A DNA stretch of 64,000 nt, from the NCBI GenBank assembly GCA_053919585.1, contig CM132786.1; one strand, written 5' to 3'. How positions within the stretch are numbered: position 1 is the stretch's first letter; every line of letters begins with the position of its first letter. Positions 54,640-64,000 of this stretch are shown piece by piece. This DNA comes from Euprymna scolopes (lineage: Eukaryota). Under the pieces are notes generated by a model that worked only from the letters and a program-made list of their open reading frames with translations, was not told where the DNA came from and ran no database searches. The translations under genes and the position numbers were made by a program.

Positions 54640-56960
54640 TCATACAAATTCATTATTTATCGACATATCCACTGTTGTTTAATAACTTAAAACATCGTTT
54701 TGCCTCCAGATGATGCCGATAGTATTATCTTAAAAAAAGGTTTTGGCTCCAGCAACATCAATTATGCTCCTCCACAAGTACATTCTGCTCTCTTCCCTTA
54801 TGAACCCCCATTTTTAATATTAACGAGATATATCCAATCGGGTAAAGATCTGGAGAACACGGTGGCCAGGTTATGAGAATTTCCCTAAAGAATTTCCTTG
54901 ATTAAAGGAAGGATGCAACCGCCTCAAGCAAAATGGGATGCTACATTGTCATGTATAAAAATCATCTGAAAGCAACGTGGCAAGGGTAGGTCGTCTAGCC
55001 GTGTATACAATTGATTATCTAAAAAGGATATGTACGCATTGCTCGTAAGCTTTACGCCCTCTGGCGTCCGGAATGATCCAACCAACTTTTCCCCAATGAT
55101 TCCCAGCCAAAACATAACGCCGCCACCTCCTTGTTGGCGCTGCACTCTGTAACGCCTCGAAGTTCTGTTCGGGTTGCAAACTTTGGTCTATCTATCCGGT
55201 CCGTCAAGAGTAGCTTATGCCTCAATCTTAAATAGGACCTATTTGAAATCCATTTTTATGCAATTCTGTGCCCAACCCATTCGTTTTTCCCTATGTTGTT
55301 TGCTCAATGGAAGCATTGGAAGAGTTTTTTTTTTATTACATTTTCACCTCAAACAAGGCAAATTCCCACTTTGGTGTAGGGGGCTACTATCAGGGGCAAC
55401 AACTACTGGGGTACTATGTACGGATTTGGGCAGCAAGATGTCGGTTCACGTTACACTTGAACTTCTGCACGTCAGTACTGTTGGGGAAGCAAGGACCTGG
55501 AATGGAATTCCAGAGTCTAGCGGTTCTGGGGAAGAAACTATTGGAGTAAAAAGATCTTTTACATCTAGGGATCTCTACAGTGTGAGGGTGGGATTTAGCA
55601 GCCTGTCGGGTTTGTCGAGGGTGCTCACGTCGTGGGGGCACAAGTGATTGCATTTCGTCAGAGCATTCACCACTAAAATACTTGTAGAAAAGGCAGAGGG
55701 ATGCAACATTTCGTCGATGGGACAGAGGCTGAAGCTTAGATGCCAGTTCAGGGCCTATAAGATTTGCGACTCTCTTTTGAACCTTGTCAAGGAGCGAGAG
55801 TCTAGTAGCAGATGTACCAGCCCAGATGTGGCAGCAATACTCCATACATGGGCGAATGGTGGCCTTATAGAGGTACATGATACTTTCGGGTGTTAGTAGT
55901 TCTCTAGCACGGTAGAGAGATCCCACCTTTCTTGCAGCGGCCCTGGCAATGCCTTCAATATAATTGTTCCAACTCATGTGTCCTGTGAACGTTAGGCCAA
56001 GGAGTTTGAGAGATGGACTCTCAGATAAAGAGTCGTTGGCCATTGCTATGGTGGTAGGGAGGGTTTCTTGTAATTATTGAATGAAACTAGTTTAGTCTTG
56101 GCAGCATTGAACGCGACCAACCACTTTTGTCCCCATTCCACTACAGATTGGAGGTCTTCCTCTAGTGGTTCTGCCATTTCTTTAGAAATGTGTTCATTCG
56201 TCTTTCTGTCGTGCCTGCCATAGAGTGTAGTGTCATCAGCATATATACCTATCTCAGAGGCAATTTTGTCGGGGAGGTCATTTATGAATATCAGGAACAA
56301 TAGAGGTTCAAGGATAGAACCCTGGGGCACCCCCGCATTTATATCATATTGTTTAGATGTACGACCGTCGAGGACAAGCTGGATTTTTCTCTTATCTAAA
56401 AAGGATTTAATTATGTTAAGTATTCTACCAGTGATACCGTATGATCTGATTTTCCTGAGGAGACCCTCATGCTATACCCTGATGTGCCTTGCAATCTCAT
56501 TTAACACATTGTATCGGGACTATCAGGATCTTGAAGAGATTCCAGATTTTGCAAAAACGAAAGCACTGGTGTTGTTTTTGTTTCGGTTGATTATTAAGGA
56601 CTTTTCTGAATATCCCCATCATCAGTTTTCTTGATGCTCTTATTTTGTTCTGGGTTTGGTGTTCGGGTTGTTCAAGAATGCAGTCAGGGATTTTGGAGCC
56701 CATTCCAACTCCCTTGCAAAGTTTTGGATGAACAATCATTCTGCAGGTCCAGCAATTATACTTTGCTTTTCGATAACCTTTATTCGTTTGATTTGTCTTT
56801 GGCATTGTAAAGATCTGCAATTAAGCGATGGTCAGTAAAATTTCTTTGATAATAAATAAAATGCCATAACATCGTGACTATGGCATAAATTTGAATACAA
56901 TTTTGGGAAATTACTAACCTTAAACAAACCCTTTGATGGTACAATCTTTATTTTTACGCA
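54640..56960 (-). mobile_element. Decayed Tc1-family transposase split by a LINE insertion
   Basis: N-terminal part 56480-56960 ends ...LNEIARHI. It continues at 55320 with PLSKQHREKRMGWA...DFK*VLF...ATLDGPD, QRQQGGGGVMFWLGIIG...GVKLTSNAYISFL...IFIHDNVASH, WPPCSPDLYPIG. Confidence 0.88.
55325..56481 (-). mobile_element. 5'-truncated CR1/L2-group (Daphne/Crack-like) LINE with poly(A) tail
   Basis: RV*HEGLLRKIRSYGITG...AGVPQGSILEPLLFLIFINDL...YADDTTLY...WLVAFNAAKTKL, then ORF 55414-56043 (LLGLTF..MSW..YI...IRPCMEYCCHIW...FFPRTARLWNSIP). AATAAA plus an A-run at ~55325-55337. Confidence 0.93.
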
Positions 56961-57062
56961 TATATAGGGAAATATTGATATTTTACTAATCTGAAAACAC
57001 TGATTGACGCAGTTTATACATATATATATATATGTATGTGTGTGTATGTGTGTGTATACATA

Positions 57063-58892
57063 TGGTGGCAGCAAATTCGATTTCGATTGTTGCCATTACT
57101 TGATATAAAAATGTAAAACATGAAGACAGATCAATGATGAGCTGCACGAAAGCGGCTTTTGAGCTCTGCAAACTCTGGCATTCTTTGGCACACATGGTGC
57201 AGAGATGGGCGCCAGTAGCAGCATGTGCTTGATGGTAACCTCTGTGAACATTCAAATGCTGTTTCAAACCGCCTGCTGTTTTGCACGTCCACCCACAGTT
57301 GACACATGTTCGAGCTGGCAAGGCAAGACTGTTTTGTGGTCCATTGCGCGAATGAGCAAATGGTGGCTTATCAGATCAGCTCTGCTCAAACATAATCTCC
57401 CGCACGCCTCACACTCCAGACTAATTTGGCACCATAGCTAATCAACTGCTTTTTGCAAATTCCCTTTCCATATATAACGCTTCATTCGTGTATTCTGGAT
57501 TCGATCAATCCTAAACTTGTCCACACTTCACCTCAAGGCCCTTCTCCACTCTCCACGATCATCCATCTCACATTTTAAAGGTGGACCTCAAACAATACTT
57601 GAACCTAATTTCAGGCTTTTGAGTCAGACGCTTCCTTTCGGCAAGCTCGCCGTAAAGGAGTTGTTTGAGAAGTGCACTCTGACATCCTTACCACAGGACC
57701 ATTACATCTCACTCTATGTTTGATAATACGTGCTTCAATGCTTAGACATTGTGAACCTCAACATCACTGATATACATTTGCCAGCACACACCTAAGTTTC
57801 GCAGTAGGCACATCTAGTGAAACCGCTCAAGACGTCTAAAATTCTTCCTGTATGTTGTCCAAGTCTCACAGGCAAAGAGAAGAGCATGCGGCATAAATGT
57901 TGATCTTTGTTTTTAGTGGGATACCACAACAGCTCCACAAACACTTTTCCGAAAGCATCGTTTGCTTTGCTGATCCGTAACGATACCTCGCCATCGATGG
58001 CACCGGACATAATTAGTGTGCTACCCAAGTATAGAAACATAGACTATCCTCGACCCATAGACATAAATTGCATGATCCTACCGAGAACCTTACCGATTAC
58101 TGACAGCAAAAACATGCTCCGATAGTTTCCACATTCATCACCGGCACGCTTTCCTTTTTATAGCACCACCATAAATGTATCCCGACAATCCTGTGGAACA
58201 CACTCATCACGCCAAGCAATATTCAACATCCTGGTGAGAGGGCACCTCTGCCACGATATCCAGACCGGATTGATAGGAATCAACCTAACAAACTCATGAT
58301 CAACATAAGAAGGCCTGTTCAGGAGGGCATCAAAATGCTCCCACCATCTCTCGAGCGAAGTGAAGTGATAGGTGATCTAGATTGTCTGTAAACCGCAAGC
58401 AGTAGTCTGCATAAGACCTTGGTGTTGTTAGTATCCGAGGCATACTGTATTTCCTCAGCTTTCTGTCTCCACCAGTCATCCTGAATTTTTAGCAACCTCA
58501 CTTGCACTTCACTTTTGATTGCCTTAAAATTCTCGCTCAATCGAACTCCAATATATGCATGCCTTAAACTAGCAGAACCTGACTTTCAGTACAATTCTCA
58601 CTGAATCAGTCCTGATATTTACTCTCACAATAACCTAATACCTTCTCACATACCTCATAGACAGATTCCCAAGAGTTTTCACAGTCAATCTCTGGTTTCT
58701 CCCTCACAATACTCTCCCCTAGACGTCAACATTTAGTTGCTTTGGGATAGTCACACCAGGTCCACTCATCGTCGGCTTCACAACAACCTTAACCTTTGCA
58801 CGGACCAAGCGTGGTGGGTGAAGCATACTACAACAAGCATTACACGAAAACCGCAGATATGCCTTATCTCACGTTTTCTAACTAACACATAG
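57063..58892 (-). mobile_element. RTE-clade LINE, 3' part (linker, RT remnants, C2H2 fingers), internally deleted
   Basis: KSEVQVRLLKIQDDWWRQKAEEIQYASD, VPQDCRDTFMVVLYKK, FLYLGSTL...IDGEVSLRISKANDAFGK, CVNCGWTCKTAGGLKQHLNVH...CTMCAKEC. Microsatellite tail at ~57016-57062. Confidence 0.9.
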
Positions 58893-59113
58893 CTATCATA
58901 ACATAAATAGCTATTATCTTTAATTACTTATAGAATTAGAGATTAACATTAATATTGTAAAAGTATTACTAACTGAATAAAATATAAATCACTAATATTT
59001 TATAATTGTTACCAATGGTATCAAAGATAATCAACTATTCTCATTATTATTATTATTAGTAGTAGTAGTAGTAGTAGTAGTATATTGTGGTTATTATTAT
59101 TTTGTTATGAGTA

Positions 59114-59144
<31 letters not shown>

Positions 59145-59729
59145 TTACTAAGGGAATAGCAGATAAATTGTTAGAATATAAAAATTTTAAATAAAAGATA
59201 AAATGAAGTATGATTATTAAGATAAATAAATATTAATTTATAATTACTTATAATGGAATAAAAGGTGAGTGACATTTGCTATTATAATTATCACTAATGG
59301 AATAAGAGATAATTATATTATCATTTATGGAAGTAATATGATCAATGGTACAAAATATAAACAACTAATATTTTATAATATTACTAATGTGATAATGGAT
59401 AATACCTATTATTAGTAGTAGTAATGAAAGAAGTTTAAGATAATCTGCTTAAATAAGATGGTGTTTAANNNNNNNNNNNNNNNNNNNNNNNNNNNNNNNN
59501 NNNNNNNNNNNNNNNNNNNNNNNNNNNNNNNNNNNNNNNNNNNNNNNNNNNNNNNNNNNNNNNNNNNNNNNNNNNNNNNNNNNNNNNNNNNNNNNNNNNN
59601 NNNNNNNNNNNNNNNNNNNNNNNNNNNNNNNNNNNNNNNNNNNAAATTCGTTGTCTTTCTCACTGAATTGAATATACAATTTTCAGCTTTTTTATAGAGC
59701 ATTTAGAAAACAAATAAGGACAGGGTAGT

Positions 59730-60110
59730 ATATATTCTGTTTCAAGCAGTAGATGAAATGAAACGAGCTGTGGTAATTGAATGTACAAACAGCCCGTGGA
59801 AATGTCCAATATTATTGGTGAAAGAGAAAGACGGCAGTAAGATGATTTGTGTAGAATTTAGGGTATTAAATAAAACCACAAAGAAATATATACGAGCACT
59901 ACAAGTTATTGCCGGTATTTGCATCTCGCTTCGTCAGCGAAATACTCCTTGAAATTAGATTATTGGCTGGTTAAACTTAATAAGAACAATGAAGAAAAAT
60001 AGCATTCACTTGCCACAGGGGTTTATTTCACTTTAATGTGGAGACGTTCCGACTCACAAACGCTTCCGTAGTCGTCCAGGAACTAATGTTAATAGTTTAA
60101 TAGAGAGACG
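59730..60110 (+). mobile_element. Ty3/Gypsy reverse transcriptase remnant
   Basis: VDEMKRAVVIECTNSPWKCPILLVKEKDGSKMICVEFRVLNKTT...AFTCHRGLFHFNVETFRLTNASVVVQELM, matching SPW..P..LV.KKDG..R.CVDYR.LN and G.F.F.VMPFGL.NAP. Confidence 0.85.
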
Positions 60111-60667
60111 AAGTTTTTGCCTGACCGTAGTTGAATTATAGATTTATAGTCTTCAAGACAATGGGATACAATTTAAAACAAGTGTATATATCATTATGTT
60201 GCTTACGCAAATATAATTTAAACACATTTTTATTTTGTTTGCTGCGTTTCATTTCTTTTAATAACTTTTTTGTTTAGATACGTGTAATTGTTATTTTGCA
60301 TTAATTTAAGGTACTTTTACTGTTATGCATAACATAGTATTATTGTATTTGAATTTTTAAGCCGAAATATTTAATTCCACATGATGTATATCTTTTTTCA
60401 AACTTTTTTATAACCCTAACATTAAAGCGTCAATGCATAGTGGTTCAACATTCGGATGTGAGAGATTATACTATTTATGTTTTATAAAGTAATAATATTT
60501 TTAAAAGTGTGCATAAGCTGCGAATAACACTGTGTAAAAGCAAAGATAAGTAAAAAAAAAGATAGATAAGTTAATAAAAGCTAATTGTAAAATAGACTAA
60601 TACATATAAATATATATATGTATATATATATATGTATATATATAACTACTTCATTTAATTACATACA

Positions 60668-61460
60668 TTAATATACGAAAGATGAATTTATGCGTAAACT
60701 TCAACAGTGTTCTATACATAGGCAGAGCTAGATAGTAAGTTATAAAAATATATTTGGCGATTAAGCTACACAGAATATTCCGCGTTTGATCCACGCTAGG
60801 ATTCTGCCAGATGAATCCTGGCGTTGATAAATATTGTGTGTATCTTAATCGCCATATATNNNNNNNNNNNNNNNNNNNNNNNNNNNNNNNNNNNNNNNNN
60901 NNNNNNNNNNNNNNNNNNNNNNNNNNNNNNNNNNNNNNNNNNNNNNNNNNNNNNNNNNNNNNNNNNNNNNNNNNNNNNNNNNNNNNNNNNCACATAAAAT
61001 TAATATATGACATATGAATTTCTGCGTAAACTTCAACAGTGTTCTATATGTAGGCAGAGCTAGCTAGTAAAGTATAAAATATATAAAATATATAAAATAT
61101 ATTAAGCTACACAGAATATTCCGCGTTTGATCCACGCAAGGTTTCAGCCAGATGAATCCTGGCGTGGATAAATATTTNNNNNNNNNNNNNNNNNNNNNNN
61201 NNNNNNNNNNNNNNNNNNNNNNNNNNNNNNNNNNNNNNNNNNNNNNNNNNNNNNNNNNNNNNNNNNNNNNNNNNNNNNNNNNNNNNNNNNNNNNNNNNNN
61301 NNNNNNNNNNNNNNNNNNNNNNNNNNNNNNNNNNNNNNNNNNNNNNNNNNNNNNNNNNNNNNNNNNNNNNNNNNNNNAAATTAATATACGAAAGTATGAA
61401 TTTATGCGTAAACTTTAAGCATTTACTTCCAAAGTGCTCAATACATAGATAGAGCTAGTT
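60668..61460. repeat. Tandem array (2 longer units plus 1 partial, ~330-380 bp spacing) containing a ~110-nt hairpin
   Basis: TTAATATA.GA...ATGAATTT.TGCGTAAACTT recurs at ~60668, ~61000 and ~61381. Hairpin at 60750-60859. Confidence 0.8.
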
Positions 61461-61464
61461 AGTA

Positions 61465-61800
61465 GATGATTGCGAAAGAAAACCCGTATAAAAAGAAACA
61501 TTATGTAGGTATGACTTCCTTAGATGTCAAAACTTCATATTATAATCACAAAAGTACATTCAACAATTAAAAGACACCGTATGAAAACAACGCTTGCAAA
61601 TAAATATTGGGAACTCAAGGAAACCAGGCATTCGCCGGTAGTCGAATGGAAAATAATCAGACCAGCTAGCACGTTTAGTGACCTAGACGACTCATGTAGA
61701 TTATGCATAAAAAGCTGCTATCCTGTACTTTAAAGAACCCCAACATCTATTAAACTGTAGAAGAGAAATAGCGAACAACTTTCTTCACAAGTGAAAATTT
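61465..61800 (+). mobile_element. Second Naiad-type Penelope GIY-YIG fragment
   Basis: HYVGMTSLDVKTSYYNHKSTF...KTTLANKYWELKETRHSPVVEWKIIRPASTF...CRLCI...AILYFKEPQHLLNCRREI parallels 30747-31130. Confidence 0.85.
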
Positions 61801-63444
61801 ACTCTATGATAGCGATACAAAATAGTTTTAAAACTAATAAAAACAATAGAAAGTAAACAAATAAATAAATTAAATAAACATTTATATGCATAAACGATCA
61901 TTATAAATATATTTACTAATAATAAAACTGATTCGACATACTTTTTTATAATGTCAATTGAAAGAAAAAATATATTTATATTTTCAGTTGTCACATAAAT
62001 CATAAAATGTAAATTATGAGATAAACGTTTGTAAAAAACAAATTCCATTTACAATCAATGATATTTAAGTAAGTCTGTTAGTATTAGCAAAACTGCAACT
62101 GTAATATTAATATTAAATAAATTATTTTAAATAATCAAGTCTCTATCAAATTGTAAAGGGACGGATATACTTCTATTTAAAAACGAAGAAAATAACAGGG
62201 TGAAACAAAACATAATCGTTGTTTAGGAATGAACCATAATCCAGTCAAGGACAGCAAAAATTGATATAAGTAGGGGTAGATATATGTGTAAGCGTAAAAT
62301 TTGGTGCACGATGCTCTATGAAGTTCTTTGTTAGGTAAATCAGATTAACAATATTTTTGTTTTTTTACTAAAGAGAACCAAACAAATGCATATTGTGGAA
62401 AACACACAGCAGGAATTCGACTTGATAACTTGTGAAACTTATTAGAATATAAAGATCTTTGTGAAAACAATAAACATTAAAAAAGTAGAAGCAGATTTAT
62501 TAACATTATTATTGTGTATATAGTGTTATAATTAGGTCTCTTACTTTAACTGATATATATGCAGTTTTCAGATATAAAAACAGCGCTTAGAAATATACAA
62601 ATTTCAAAACGAGCTGGGATATCTGGTACATTAACATTAATAAATTGTCTGATTTCGATTCTTTTGTTATTTTCAGCACACCTTTAAATGTATATTGTGG
62701 CATTTTAACAGCTCTTTGTCTTCGGAAAGATACTGCAACTTAGGCAATACTTCAAACATATGTATTTGTTTTTCTAGTTTTGCATATAAATTAGATAATA
62801 TCTGATATTTCCCCCAGAAATCTGGCCTTAATATTTAGGAGAAATTAAAACTTGTGTCTATGATCTGAATAACAGCAAGAGGAGAGTTGATTCCGAATAT
62901 TTCTCAAATGTTATATATCTACATTTTGATATTCATACATGGAGTAATTTTCACGGTGAATAAAGAATATTTGATACTGGAGATATTCATAATCGTGCGA
63001 AATCCAAAAAATAGATGAGCATATATCTAGAGGTAGGATGACAGCATATTCTTTTCATTGTTTTGACTCTCGAGCGTGTTGATATCTTAAATAAAGTGAT
63101 GTGGTTCTCGGCTGATTAACTGTGTCTAATTGGGCTGGATATACACTAAAGGGTCAAAACAATAATAAAAATATTCTGTTGCCATGGCCCGAGATGACAA
63201 TTTTTTTAGGATCAACACTCTGTCTGCTGTTACTTCAGATCATTTGAACCCATATCAGCAGGTTTTAGTCTCGACTGCATACATTGCCANNNNNNNNNNN
63301 NNNNNNNNNNNNNNNNNNNNNNNNNNNNNNNNNNNNNNNNNNNNNNNNNNNNNNNNNNNNNNNNNNNNNNNNNNNNNNNNNNNNNNNNNNNNNNNNNNNN
63401 NNNNNNNNNNNNNNNNNNNNNNAAATTATAGACGCATAAATATG

Positions 63445-63505
<61 letters not shown>

Positions 63506-63688
63506 CTTTAGCAGCATTCTGACTAATGTTGGTTTAACCCCGACACAAAATATGTTAGCAGAATATGAAGTTCACAAATGGGACCATTTCACATATATAG
63601 ATATCACTCTTACAGACGTTTGCGAAATGTAAGTAGTGTTTCAAGAGGAATCGACGTTCTCTCCCATGTAGCGCCTAATATTTTTATT

Positions 63689-63766
63689 GTCTCCCATTTT
63701 TACTGACCAGACTCAACGTTACTTAACTTCAGTTACATGACGAGACTCCGTGTGTCAACCTCATTA
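63689..63766 (-). pseudogene. 5S rRNA-derived segment (pseudogene or SINE3-like head)
   Basis: Minus strand TCTCGTCATGTAACTGAAGTTAAGTAACGTTGAGTCTGGTCAGTA...ATGGGAGAC aligns by eye with animal 5S TCTCGTCTGATCTCGGAAGCTAAGCAGGGTCGGGCCTGGTTAGTACTTGGATGGGAGAC (box A to box C). Confidence 0.7.
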
Positions 63767-64000
63767 AAATAATTGAACGTATCATAATTCATACTTAGGA
63801 CAATCGAAAAATAAGATGGGCAGATAGATAGTTATGGATTTTAGGTATATATACATGTTCTCACAGTGTCCTTACTATTTTAACTTTTTAAAACATTCTG
63901 AACCTTCTCATGAAGTAGTTATACTGTTTTCTTTGATGAAAAGGGAAATCCACCTTGTTTATTGATTTAAAAACTTAAATAACAACTGAGATATCACATT

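Noticed and set aside
2601-63422. N-runs as masked exons of one host gene
   Set aside because: Flanks lack consistent AG/GT or AC/CT boundaries, and several runs lie inside transposons or tandem repeats.
2453-63522. ORF-track entries containing X runs or YIYIYI/THTH/CVCV/LSLS tracts
   Set aside because: Artefacts of N-runs and microsatellites.

Overview
AT-rich, microsatellite-rich eukaryotic (invertebrate-like) intergenic or intronic DNA with no convincing intact host gene. The window is mostly decayed mobile elements, plus 13 N-runs of 130-200 nt. Main element: a 5'-truncated Penelope-like retroelement of Naiad type (29518-33229; RT with YRDD, a CxCx5CPx4C zinc finger and a GIY-YIG endonuclease) framed by ~340-bp inverted repeats. 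Each repeat carries a type I hammerhead ribozyme (HHR) fold with an unusually long stem II. Two more HHR motifs lie nearby: a compact one in a ~345-bp non-coding unit inside a (TA)n tract (49567-49614) and one cut off by an N-run (45023-45052). Also present: a young non-coding LTR element (45395-48379), two clear and one degenerate non-autonomous Helitrons (one carrying a tRNA-like A/B-box segment), CR1/L2-group LINE fragments (one nested in a Tc1 transposase), an R4/NeSL-like REL LINE, and RTE halves in opposite orientation that suggest a ~7-kb inversion. Minor features: a Gypsy RT remnant, a 5S-rRNA-derived segment, a ~52-bp minisatellite and a tandem array of long hairpins. All calls come from manual reading and motif recognition; no searches or folding programs were run.
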